Positions 8,639 to 17,943 are shown, counted from the first letter of the stretch. The stretch is DNA of 50,423 bases from an uncultured Rhodobiaceae bacterium (GCA_937911445.1 CALDQY010000297.1:1-50423), one strand, 5' to 3'. Program-made: numbers and translations. The notes: generated from the letters alone by a model not told the origin.

Positions 8639-9511
8639 TCATGCTGTTTCCACATAACCCCACGAATGCGTGATGATGGAGCTGTAGTTTTCACCCCAGT
8701 AGTATGTTTGCGTGACTAAATCACCTTTTTCGTTGTAGATGTACGTCGTGGGATTATCATCGTATGTCGATGTTGCAAGGAGCCCATCAGCATACGTGTA
8801 ATTGGTGTATGTCGGTTCATACCAATTTCCGTTGTATCCATACGTGTCCGTCATTTGTATCAATTGACCCACATCATCGTATGTGTAATTGATGAATGTC
8901 GTTGAATTGCCGTAACCAGTTTCCTTAGTATAGCTGAGTAATCCATCCGAATTGTAAAACGATTCTTTGGTTTCATACTCGGTTTCTTCGACTATTTCAC
9001 GACCATCTGCATCGTAGGTATAGTTCCAAAACTCTTCACCAACCTCGCCTTCGTAATACGATCTTAGTTGCATAAGTAAACCATTCTCATAGTGATATTC
9101 CTCAAATTCAATCCAGAGATCCTCTGTTAGCGTTGCCGTCTCATTGTCCCATTCTCCAGATGCGGATTCAATGAGGACAGGCTCTCCCGCTTCGTTGTAA
9201 GAAATCTTGGTGTAACCACCGTATCCGTCTCCACCCCACCACGATGAGTAAATCATGTTGCATGAGTCATCGTAGGTCAGGTTGGTCATTGTGTAGTGGA
9301 AATTTCGCATCATTTCACTTTCATGTTCCATGGTGGTTATTGTTTGAAGGATAGCCCAACATCGTTCTGTACCATCTTCTGAAGTTTCGGTTCTTGATGT
9401 GGAATCATCACTTAGACATCCAGACAATGGTAAGAGAATGAACAAAAGTATCAAAAAAATCGCAGTCGAGTTTGTATTTCGCATGTTTATTCTTAACATT
9501 CTATTGGACAT
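8639..9511 (-). CDS. YD-repeat (Rhs-type repeat) putative lipoprotein
   Basis: Signal peptide with lipobox (AIFLILLFILLPLSGC). The mature part is made of YxYDxxGxL-type repeats (NYTYDADGREIV, FYNSDGLLSY, NYTYDDVGQLIQ, NYTYADGLLAT, YIYNEKGDLVT). Alternative ATG starts lie at 9499 and 9484. Confidence 0.7.
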   Translation of the reverse strand: MSNRMLRINMRNTNSTAIFLILLFILLPLSGCLSDDSTSRTETSEDGTERCWAILQTITTMEHESEMMRNFHYTMTNLTYDDSCNMIYSSWWGGDGYGGYTKISYNEAGEPVLIESASGEWDNETATLTEDLWIEFEEYHYENGLLMQLRSYYEGEVGEEFWNYTYDADGREIVEETEYETKESFYNSDGLLSYTKETGYGNSTTFINYTYDDVGQLIQMTDTYGYNGNWYEPTYTNYTYADGLLATSTYDDNPTTYIYNEKGDLVTQTYYWGENYSSIITHSWGYVETA

Positions 9512-9535
9512 AAAACATCCGTTCGAGGAAGTCGT

Positions 9536-10408
9536 TTGAACCAGAAATCAACAATTGCTTCTGAAAAAAGGCCCCTGATTGAAGGTTCGAATGAAGCTTT
9601 GAGCCTGGATTTCAATCTTGAACCGAGACGGATGATTATAGGGCAGCACAGCATGGATTCATTCGTGCAAAAAATCGTGGTTCGAACCGATGATTTCCAA
9701 CTTGCTTATCGCATTATGCACATGCTCCGTTCACGAAACATCGATGTTGAACAGCGTTCCTTGAGTGAAGCATTGCCTACCAAGGATGCGATTTGGATTG
9801 GAACTGTGGATGAGATTGCAAAGAAATCATCTGAAGGTCGACCGATTGCTGCCGATCTTGAATCGATTGATCTTGCTGTAGAAGCAGCCATTTTTGCCTT
9901 GAAAGGTTCATCCAAAACGCACCGATTGACCATCGGTATCGATACTGGGCCTCGTCCTGGTATCGCTTGGTTTACCGATGGCGTTCTCATCGATACGAAA
10001 CAAACTGAATCCATCGAACAATGCATCAAAACGATTGATTCCTTGATTGAACATCATGACTTCCAACATCTTTTGATTCGGATGGGCAAAGGATCTCCAT
10101 CGCATCGCAACCGGCTGCTCAATGCCATGCTTCAACAAGGATATGTTGTTGAACTGGTCGATGAGCGAAAGACCTCCCGAGGACTCAATCGAAATCAACA
10201 CAGCGTTTCTGCCATCAGAATTGCGACCTTAGCAGGTGAGCGAATATGGGAAATGGTTGAATTGCAACCAACGGAAGGTGAAGTAAAGGAACTTCAACGT
10301 CGAAGCCGAATCAAAAGTCAAGGACGTGTCACCATTTCATCGGATCTCGCTCGCAAGGTTGCTTTGGGTGAATTAACCTTAGCGGAAGCGATTGACAAGA
10401 TCACTTGA
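9536..10408 (+). CDS. RNase H-fold (YqgF/RuvX- or RuvC-like) putative nuclease with N-terminal extension
   Basis: The central LTIGIDTGPRPGIAW ... HLLIRMGKGSP ... VELVDERKTS ... SAIRIA resembles the YqgF/RuvX pattern (GxDxG...DERxT[ST]). The track start is TTG at 9536, and the first ATG is at 9632. The assignment rests on motifs only. Confidence 0.45.
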   Translation: MNQKSTIASEKRPLIEGSNEALSLDFNLEPRRMIIGQHSMDSFVQKIVVRTDDFQLAYRIMHMLRSRNIDVEQRSLSEALPTKDAIWIGTVDEIAKKSSEGRPIAADLESIDLAVEAAIFALKGSSKTHRLTIGIDTGPRPGIAWFTDGVLIDTKQTESIEQCIKTIDSLIEHHDFQHLLIRMGKGSPSHRNRLLNAMLQQGYVVELVDERKTSRGLNRNQHSVSAIRIATLAGERIWEMVELQPTEGEVKELQRRSRIKSQGRVTISSDLARKVALGELTLAEAIDKIT

Positions 10409-11246
10409 TGCGTACACGATAGCGTTCACGTCCATTCGCATACAAGACGATGCTGCCTGTGGAGGAAACGGCAACTGCTACACCCTCTGTCAATTGTGAA
10501 ATGGCACGAGCAGCGAGGTGTCGTCCACCTTCACCAGACTTTGGTGTCAAACCAGAGGGGACCTGGATGTAACGACCTGCATCGCTTGCAATCCCTTCAC
10601 GATTGAATAGAATGGCTCCATCCAACCAAGCGAATTCTGCAAGTGTCTCATGATTCTCCTTGTTTCGAACATCCCGTTTTGCTTCGCTGTGTCCTTTGAA
10701 TGGGTTCAAGACCATGGCTGTTGAATGTCCACGCATTTTCTGGATGTTGCCGATGGCGAACAAAGCGCCAATGGCTGTCCCTTCACGTCCGCGTGTTCCA
10801 ATGGCACGTGAGAGCTCGATCATTCGAATCAAGACCTCCAATTCGATGCTTTGTTCTTCAGCAATGGCCGTTAAACGTTCAGCACCGAGCATCTTCGTAT
10901 CGACCATGATGACACCATCGATTGGCTCAGCAAGGACGATGAGCAAGCGCCCTCCCTTGGCAATCCAACGCTCGCCCATCCCTTGCAAAACAAGATCGTA
11001 GAGCTCATTGAGAATGGACAGTCCTTTGGAAGACAGTCCTTCTTCAAGCACCTGTGCCTCAATGTTGATATCCACCAATGCATCTCGGACTCGACTCAAA
11101 CTTGTCATCACTCGTAATGGCAGGTTTGATGGAACGATTTCTGCGATTGAACGCACTTTCCGGCTATCGTTGGAAACCATTAGAACGGCATCGAACGACG
11201 AAGATGATTGAAGGGCGACGCTCACCATGTGAGGGAGGTCGCTCAT
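10401..11246 (-). CDS. dacZ: Diadenylate cyclase, archaeal DacZ type (c-di-AMP synthase)
   Basis: C-terminal DAC domain motifs: REGTAIGALFAIGN, LNPFKGHSEAKRDV, ETLAEFAWLDGAILFNREG, GGRHLAARAIS, AVAVSSTGSIVLY. It has an N-terminal regulatory domain, as in DacZ. ATG at 11246. Confidence 0.8.
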   Translation of the reverse strand: MSDLPHMVSVALQSSSSFDAVLMVSNDSRKVRSIAEIVPSNLPLRVMTSLSRVRDALVDINIEAQVLEEGLSSKGLSILNELYDLVLQGMGERWIAKGGRLLIVLAEPIDGVIMVDTKMLGAERLTAIAEEQSIELEVLIRMIELSRAIGTRGREGTAIGALFAIGNIQKMRGHSTAMVLNPFKGHSEAKRDVRNKENHETLAEFAWLDGAILFNREGIASDAGRYIQVPSGLTPKSGEGGRHLAARAISQLTEGVAVAVSSTGSIVLYANGRERYRVRIK

Positions 11247-11255
11247 GTGAAGACC

Positions 11256-11903
11256 TCAGTCGTTTGTGGTGTCAATACCTGGCAACAAATCGTTGATTTC
11301 GCGGTACACAGTACGCATGTTGGAGATGAAGTTCTTTTCTTTGACGACGATGGTGAAGGTCTTGACACTAGGGTCTTCTTCTCCATCGAGAATTCCGAGC
11401 AAGGTCTCGAGCGTCAGTCGTGCTCCTTCACGGTGAGGATAGGCGAATACGCCCATACTAAGAGGAGGTGAGATCACGTTTTCCATAACTCCAAGTTCCT
11501 TGAGCGTTGCAAAGAGGTTACGATATGTTTCAGGCAACAGGTCACGTCGGTTTTCGTCTTGATTGGGTCGTCGACAGTCTGGCCCAACGACGTGAATGAT
11601 GTGCTTGAATCGGTCGCTCAATGCAAACGGTTCTGTGACAACGTTGTGCGTTACAGCACACGGTGGAGCGTTGATTTTACGCATCTCGAGGCAGATGTTT
11701 CGAGTTGCTTGAGTCAACTCTTGACCTGCCTTTTGATGAATCATGTTGTCGAGACCTTCTCGTCCAGAGAGTCGATTGTTCGCCGGTGTGATGAGGACAT
11801 CACCAGAGTGATTCCAGACGTCTCCGCCGACGACGCGGAGTGTGCCCCATTTGCACGTTCGAGCCATGTACAACTCTGCCATCAAATGCTCAGAGGAGGC
11901 CAC
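11256..11903 (-). CDS. Macro domain protein (ADP-ribose / O-acetyl-ADP-ribose binding or hydrolase family)
   Basis: Motifs GDVLITPANNRLSGREGLDNMIHQKAG, IIHVVGP and PPLSMGVFAYP match the macrodomain core. The stop is 9 nt upstream of the dacZ ATG (TGAGGTCTTCACATG). Confidence 0.8.
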   Translation of the reverse strand: MASSEHLMAELYMARTCKWGTLRVVGGDVWNHSGDVLITPANNRLSGREGLDNMIHQKAGQELTQATRNICLEMRKINAPPCAVTHNVVTEPFALSDRFKHIIHVVGPDCRRPNQDENRRDLLPETYRNLFATLKELGVMENVISPPLSMGVFAYPHREGARLTLETLLGILDGEEDPSVKTFTIVVKEKNFISNMRTVYREINDLLPGIDTTND

Positions 11904-12009
11904 CCTTCATATTCTTTCAGTGCTTTTTGTATGAAAACAGCATAATTTGATACCATGGCTGTGACCATTCAATCAATACTGCTAAACTGCAATTTGGTAT
12001 CGACAGGAC

Positions 12010-15000
12010 ATGGCAGGTCGAGGAACAAGTTTGTTTCTTGTCTCCCTCATGCTGCTTTCATTGTTGACAGCATTGCCTCCAGCACCTTTAACTTCGCAGC
12101 CATCCAATGGCCTCGAAGAGAAAGAAGCTCTCTTCCGAGGCTTTATTACCGGTGATAATTGGCTTCATCTGAACAATCAAACGGTCGCTGTGCCTGATGG
12201 TTTCAATGCGATCGATCTGTACGATTACAGCGATGTTGGTGTCTTGATCAACAACAAATCCGAATCGAGTAAGACCATAGGTTGGGCTTTTGTTGAAGCC
12301 CGCAACATCAGCCACGAACGAGTCTTCATCTTCGATCTTGATGGAACACCAACAGCAGAAACCATCAATCGTGATCAATTCAATACGTACTTTGCTTATC
12401 CTTACTTGGAGATGCTGAACAACCGCAGCAATGTATCGGACATAAATTATCTTGTAACGAGTAAAGGGATGCCGCTACGAGTGAACGGAGGCCAAAACAA
12501 AGCCTCCTTCGATCAGGAATTCGCATTGCTTGGAGGCTCCTACAACAGCTCCATTGGCGGTGATTATTGGGCTACACATTCGTATGGCCCATTGTCTGGA
12601 GGTGAATTCGAATCCTTTTCAAGGCAGAAACATGGTTTCTATCTCGTCACAAGATTGACTGGATACACAGTCGATACAGCCCTGGAATTGATTGAAAAAG
12701 CGAACAACAGTTTGGGTCAAAGCGGCACCTACGTCTTGGATTTGGCCACCAACAGAAATGGTTCAGGATACAAGTTCTGGAACGACGACCTCTATACTAC
12801 GAACACGACGCTTTCTGAGGTGTACAACCAAACGGTCATCTTCGATGAAGAAACCAATTTTGTGACCAATGTCAGCAATGTCATGGGGTACGCTTCTTGG
12901 GGTTCAAACGACGGAAATTGGGGTAAAAATTGGGGCCTAAATACGGGCTTTGAAACCGAAGATGCAGCGTGGTCGAGTGGTGTTCGTCACTGGAATGCTT
13001 CAATTCCAACCTTGTCCTCTGGTGATTCTTTTGCGTGGCAGTTTCAAACAGACGTCAAGAACGCTGGAAGCGCATCCTTGGAAGCCACGATCTCTGCTTC
13101 TTGCACCGATGAATCGAGCAACGGCACACAAGGTATCTTCGCAGAGTACTTTGACAACGAAGGTGTAAGCTTCAACACAGGCTCTATGCCTTCTCTTATC
13201 GATCGTGTTCCTGAGCATACGAGGATTGAATCATCGTTGCAATACGGGTCGATGTATTCGGCCTATCCAGGGCTTGATGATCGCTTCAAGAACAATTGGG
13301 GTGCTCGATTTAGTGGCCTTATCGACATTCCTGACGCGGGAAACTGGACCTTCTATCTCACGAGCGATGATGGAAGTGAATTGTGGATTGATGGGACCAG
13401 TCTTGTCACCAATTACGGCTCACACGGTATGCGAGAAAGGTCAGGAATGAGAAACCTCACCTCAGGCTTGCACGATTTCAAAATTGAATTCTTCCAAGGA
13501 GGAGGTCCGCACGGATTGCACCTGAAATGGGAAGGGCCGAATCAATCCAAAGCCATGGTTCCTGCATCTGCGTTCGTCGTTTCAGATGGAACGCCTCCAT
13601 CGCCTTCGACATTGATTCACGCTTGGAATTTTGATGAAGGTGTTGGTACAGAGTCAAACGATTCTGCTGCGAACGGTTCGAGCATGACCTTGTACAACAT
13701 GGATGCCTCCAACTGGCGTACTTGCGCCGATGGAGGGTGCCTGTGGTACGATGGCGTTGACGATTACGTAGAGGTTGATGTGGACGATTGGGTTGGGAAT
13801 TTTACGGTCAGTCAATGGGTCTGGGCTAATGCAACAACCCTTCCAAATTATGCTTCAGTCCTCGCCGTTTCCGACAATGCTGGTTCGAATACATCCTTCC
13901 AGCATGCTATTTTCAGTGGAGAATGGCGATTGCACAACAACCAAACGCACACCTTTGGGGACATTGAAGCACAACAATGGATGCACCTTGTCACCGTGTT
14001 TGACAACGGCGCAGCACGGCAGTTTCTCGATGGCGTTCACGTTCGAACCACCTCCTTTCCGACAGGATCGCTAAACAACATTGATCTCTACAAACTCGGT
14101 GTCAACCGAGCTGGCTCGACGTACTTTGAGGGTATGATTGACAAGGTCATGGTTTGGGAAAGTGCCCTATCCGATGATGAAATCACCATCTTGAGCCGAG
14201 ACATCTATCAGGACTGTCAGGCGTATTCAGGTTCTGGCGCATCTGGGGCTTCGTTGGAACAGTTCGTTACCATCGATCCTGACTTGAAGGAGCATGCGTG
14301 GATTGTATCGCTAGCAGGAAAGCGTGATGGCGATGTGTTTGGAAGTTACACCCTCGTTGTCGAGGGAATCGACGCGCAAGGCAACATCGTATCGACAAAT
14401 ACATCCGATTCCAAGACGTTTGAGAACAACTGGGGAAGTGCAGTTATGCGTTTCAGACCACATGAGGATGCAACTTCGCTCCGAATCCAAGTACCACTGA
14501 GCGTTGTTGCCACATCGACCAGTGGTTCGGTGTACATTGACAGTTTCATACTTCGTGCAATTCGACCTCACATGTCCTGGGTCAATGGTTCGATTGCAGA
14601 AACGGCCGTATCAACGGGTGGACGATCGTTCACATTGGGTACAACGTACGGACAATCGCTCGTTGCTGATTTGTTGGAAGATGGCGTAAGCGGTGTCAAA
14701 GGTTACGTGTATGAACCATATCTTACTGCGGTTGGTCAACCCAGTGTCTTGTTCTCAATGTATGCACAAGGGTACAATTTCGCTGAAGCGAATGCAGCTG
14801 CAAACGATTACATCTCTTGGATGGGGGTTGTTGTCGGTGACCCGAAAATGGCACCCTACGTGAGCACGTTGCACGATGTGGAGCTTTTGGATACACGAAC
14901 ATTGAACAACTTTTCAGTTGGTCAAACAGGTCAAATCGAAGTCGGGCTTCAGAACGTAGGTATGTCTGCGGGTCAAGGACAAATTGACATCATCAATTTG

Positions 15001-17286
15001 CAAGGCTCAGTCTTGATGTCCTCGACCAATCTGAGTGTCGTCGCGGGCGACCAACCAGGTTCTCGTACGTCCATTAGCATCCCAATAACGCCAACTGAAG
15101 CGGGCTGGTTGGACGTTCGTGTTCGCTATGCGCACAACAATTCGAGTTCGTTCGAACGCAACACACTCAACAATTTCATCATCATGCGGATTTGGGTGAA
15201 CGATTCGCCTGTGATTGAATCTGTTGGTTGCGATCAAGAAGAGTATGCTCGTGGTGATTCTTTCCTCTGTGCTGTTACTACGTCTGACGATGAGCGAGTT
15301 GAATTGGTCGATATGGGTTGGGCCGTACTTTGCCCAAGTTGTTCCGTTGCAAATGCAACATGGAACATGGGCAGTATGGGAACGAACGATAATGGAACAA
15401 CATGGGAAGCTATGATCACGCTTCCAATCAATGTCACAATAGGGCATCTCGCCTTGCATGTGACTGCCACGGATGGTCTCTCGATACAAACGAGTGTCGT
15501 GGTTGAGAACGTCTCAACCATCGTTGATGCACCAGCATCGTGGTTCGGTCCTCACGTGTCCAACGCAGACATTGCATGGCTTGGTGTCACGCAATTGCCT
15601 CCTATGACGCCAATGGGTATTCAACGAGGTATACAACAAACGTTGACCGGCTGTGTCCTCGATGTCGACCACAATCCTGCCCTAGAACAGCCGCAGTTCA
15701 TCGTCCCTCGAGGTGCACTGGGAGATCTTGCTTACGTGAATATGAGCGATGCCAATCACCATTGTTACGAAGCATCTTACATGGTTGAGAATGGATCGTC
15801 TGTCGATAGCATCGACATCGAGATGCGAAAGGACGACGGCAGTTTGGTTGCCCGACGTTCCGTAAAAATTGTGGATGCAGCACCTCAAATCCAGTTGTTC
15901 TTCGAGAACGAATCCAACGAAAGCATCGACCGCATCGTTGACAATGGTGATGAATTCCTGCGCATAGTGGTATCTGATGTGGATGATTTCGTGAATGACT
16001 ATCTTGCAGACATTGAAATCGATTGGCCAGGCTTTGGTTTACAGGTTCTCTCGATAGAAGGGGTGGTCAATGATGGTGAAGCCATCATCGATCTAAACCC
16101 GCCGGAAAATCTCCTTGAGGCGGGCGACATCAATGTCATTGTCCGTCTTCAGGATTCACGAGGTGTTGAATCCACGGCGTCCTCGACCGTTCCACTTGTA
16201 CTAAATGCCCCGAGAATCGTTGAGATGATTCCTTGCAACCAGCAAGGTTCCATTACGGAATTGATGTTTGGCCACCCTGCCGTTCTAGGAGCGGTTATTG
16301 AAAGCGACAGACCGCTCGAGAACATTCAACTTTCACTACGGCAGCTAGGATGGTCGGTCAATGCGCCTCTCATTGAGCAACCCTCTTGGGTTTCCTCCAA
16401 CGATGCTTGCCTTCAGCAAGAAGGAGATGATGTCTATTGGTTCCGTCTCCAATTGGATGGTTCATTTGCTTCGGATGAGGGTTCAATTCAACTCATCGCT
16501 TCGACCATTGACGGCTATCCAGCATCAATGCAGATGCCGATGTTGTTCCGTCACGCTCCACCGAACATTAATGCAACAACACCACAATCCGTCGAGGCTG
16601 GAAGCGATCTTTCCTTCCAAATTTCCATTACGGATCTCGATGGTTTGGACGATGTGTCGTGTTCACTATCAGTTCTTGATGACAACAGTTCCGCTGTTTG
16701 GGCAAAGGAATTCCGCCCTATGGAAACACTTGATGCAAATGGCTTCAATCAAATGCGCTGGCCAGTTCCTCGAAACTTAAACGAGACAACGGATCAATTA
16801 CGGATCGAAGTTGGTTGTGAAGATTCAGACGGAGAAACAGGCTTTTGGCAAAGCACAGAGAACATTAGCGTTGAGCCATATGTATGCCGAATCAATTGCA
16901 ACGTAACAGAAGAAGGAGAGATTGCAACGGCCTCACAATCCTCTCCGGTGCCATGGATTACCATAGGTCTTGCATTGGTGATCCTCGTAGTCACAACTGC
17001 GCTTGTTCTCCGACGTCGAGGAACAGAAAACAAGTGGGCTTCCAATGAATCCCTCGATGACTTTGAACAGTTAACATCGGATTCCATTGCTCAAGCGGAG
17101 GCATCTCTGCTGAGTATGTCAACAACGCCTCCAATTCCGGATGGATGGACAGAGGAAGCGTTTGTTGCATGGCTGGAAGGTGAGAAACCGGAGGACTGGA
17201 GCGATGAACAATGGGAAACCATTCGATTGGAGCATGCTTCTCGATTGGCGCTTCGAGACAATGAGACCGATGAGATATTATTCTGA
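12010..17286 (+). CDS. Giant (1,758 aa) type-I membrane-anchored surface protein with PA14, LamG/concanavalin-like and CARDB/Ig-like domains
   Basis: Signal peptide MAGRGTSLFLVSLMLLSLLTALPPA. PA14-like block at ~13130-13580 (GIFAEYFDNEG...WGARFSGLIDIPDAGNWTFYLTSDDGSELWIDG...FFQGGGPHGLHLKWEGP). LamG-like block at ~13618-14190 (LWYDGVDDYVEV...FEGMIDKVMVWESALSDDEI). GYVYEPYLTAVGQPS...VVVGDPKMAPY resembles the TIGR03790 family, from memory. CARDB-like repeats follow. A TM helix PWITIGLALVILVVTTALVL sits at ~16951-17010, then RRRG and an acidic W-rich tail. It carries dozens of N-x-S/T sequons. Confidence 0.85.
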   Translation: MAGRGTSLFLVSLMLLSLLTALPPAPLTSQPSNGLEEKEALFRGFITGDNWLHLNNQTVAVPDGFNAIDLYDYSDVGVLINNKSESSKTIGWAFVEARNISHERVFIFDLDGTPTAETINRDQFNTYFAYPYLEMLNNRSNVSDINYLVTSKGMPLRVNGGQNKASFDQEFALLGGSYNSSIGGDYWATHSYGPLSGGEFESFSRQKHGFYLVTRLTGYTVDTALELIEKANNSLGQSGTYVLDLATNRNGSGYKFWNDDLYTTNTTLSEVYNQTVIFDEETNFVTNVSNVMGYASWGSNDGNWGKNWGLNTGFETEDAAWSSGVRHWNASIPTLSSGDSFAWQFQTDVKNAGSASLEATISASCTDESSNGTQGIFAEYFDNEGVSFNTGSMPSLIDRVPEHTRIESSLQYGSMYSAYPGLDDRFKNNWGARFSGLIDIPDAGNWTFYLTSDDGSELWIDGTSLVTNYGSHGMRERSGMRNLTSGLHDFKIEFFQGGGPHGLHLKWEGPNQSKAMVPASAFVVSDGTPPSPSTLIHAWNFDEGVGTESNDSAANGSSMTLYNMDASNWRTCADGGCLWYDGVDDYVEVDVDDWVGNFTVSQWVWANATTLPNYASVLAVSDNAGSNTSFQHAIFSGEWRLHNNQTHTFGDIEAQQWMHLVTVFDNGAARQFLDGVHVRTTSFPTGSLNNIDLYKLGVNRAGSTYFEGMIDKVMVWESALSDDEITILSRDIYQDCQAYSGSGASGASLEQFVTIDPDLKEHAWIVSLAGKRDGDVFGSYTLVVEGIDAQGNIVSTNTSDSKTFENNWGSAVMRFRPHEDATSLRIQVPLSVVATSTSGSVYIDSFILRAIRPHMSWVNGSIAETAVSTGGRSFTLGTTYGQSLVADLLEDGVSGVKGYVYEPYLTAVGQPSVLFSMYAQGYNFAEANAAANDYISWMGVVVGDPKMAPYVSTLHDVELLDTRTLNNFSVGQTGQIEVGLQNVGMSAGQGQIDIINLQGSVLMSSTNLSVVAGDQPGSRTSISIPITPTEAGWLDVRVRYAHNNSSSFERNTLNNFIIMRIWVNDSPVIESVGCDQEEYARGDSFLCAVTTSDDERVELVDMGWAVLCPSCSVANATWNMGSMGTNDNGTTWEAMITLPINVTIGHLALHVTATDGLSIQTSVVVENVSTIVDAPASWFGPHVSNADIAWLGVTQLPPMTPMGIQRGIQQTLTGCVLDVDHNPALEQPQFIVPRGALGDLAYVNMSDANHHCYEASYMVENGSSVDSIDIEMRKDDGSLVARRSVKIVDAAPQIQLFFENESNESIDRIVDNGDEFLRIVVSDVDDFVNDYLADIEIDWPGFGLQVLSIEGVVNDGEAIIDLNPPENLLEAGDINVIVRLQDSRGVESTASSTVPLVLNAPRIVEMIPCNQQGSITELMFGHPAVLGAVIESDRPLENIQLSLRQLGWSVNAPLIEQPSWVSSNDACLQQEGDDVYWFRLQLDGSFASDEGSIQLIASTIDGYPASMQMPMLFRHAPPNINATTPQSVEAGSDLSFQISITDLDGLDDVSCSLSVLDDNSSAVWAKEFRPMETLDANGFNQMRWPVPRNLNETTDQLRIEVGCEDSDGETGFWQSTENISVEPYVCRINCNVTEEGEIATASQSSPVPWITIGLALVILVVTTALVLRRRGTENKWASNESLDDFEQLTSDSIAQAEASLLSMSTTPPIPDGWTEEAFVAWLEGEKPEDWSDEQWETIRLEHASRLALRDNETDEILF

Positions 17287-17544
17287 ATGAGGAAGGGTGG
17301 TTTGGTCGCCATGGCAGTAGGGTATGTTTTGCTGAACGTTGTTCCGGGTAAAGAACACGACGTCTATCTTCATTTGAAAGATCAAGACAACGTCGCTGAT
17401 GTTACTGTCTTGTTTGGGGACTACGATTTGATTGTCAAGTTGGTTGCAGATGATCTGCCTTCCATTGCAACAACTGTCGTTGAGTCCATTCGACAAATTC
17501 CTGGCATACTCGATTCGAAGACACTGGCAGGTGCAGAATTCTAG
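17287..17544 (+). CDS. Stand-alone Lrp/AsnC-type ligand-binding (RAM) domain protein
   Basis: MAVGYVLLNVVPGKEHDVYLHLKDQDNVADVTVLFGDYDLIVKLVADDLPSIATTVVESIRQIPGILDSKTL matches the ~75-aa RAM/AsnC_trans_reg pattern. The likely true start is the ATG at 17311. The track start at 17287 abuts the upstream stop (TGAATG). Confidence 0.7.
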   Translation: MRKGGLVAMAVGYVLLNVVPGKEHDVYLHLKDQDNVADVTVLFGDYDLIVKLVADDLPSIATTVVESIRQIPGILDSKTLAGAEF

Positions 17545-17635
17545 CCTTTCAGTGGCCCTTTTTGCTGATTTAACCCCTCTGGAAAGGACTACTGAGAGCC
17601 ATATGAGGCGCAGTATTGCCTTTTTTCGGCACAAA

Positions 17636-17644
17636 TTATAATAA
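17636..17644 (+). promoter_or_regulatory. TATA-box-like element (TTATAATAA) of the MC1 gene, with a GGAGG Shine-Dalgarno at 17667-17671
   Basis: The AT-rich box is ~40 nt upstream of the ATG at 17680. GGAGG lies 8 nt upstream of the ATG. Confidence 0.45.
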
Positions 17645-17679
17645 CTAGAAGTTGTGATTAAGTTTCGGAGGTAATCCAA

Positions 17680-17943
17680 ATGTCAGACAAGAAATATTTC
17701 GTTCTCATGGAGAACGGTAAAGACACGAGCCAAGTATTTGCGAGCAAGCAACCACGAGGAGCAGCCCTCAAAGCTGCAACCCGTGGACACACGAACATCC
17801 GCCTACGAGAGCGTGGCACCAAGCGTGTACACGTCTTCACAGGCTCCATCAGCATGGTCGACAAGCCTGCTGGCGGCCCAGCTTGGCTCCCAGACAAGAT
17901 CAAGAAGGCCAACGTCAAGAAGGTCGGAATTGAGCACCTCTGA
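17680..17943 (+). CDS. mc1: Chromatin protein MC1 (non-histone archaeal chromosomal protein)
   Basis: Near-identical blocks to Methanosarcina MC1 as I remember it: KQPRGAALKAATRG, IRLRERGTKRVHVF, PAWLPDKIKKANVKK. It is 87 aa and basic. Confidence 0.85.
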   Translation: MSDKKYFVLMENGKDTSQVFASKQPRGAALKAATRGHTNIRLRERGTKRVHVFTGSISMVDKPAGGPAWLPDKIKKANVKKVGIEHL

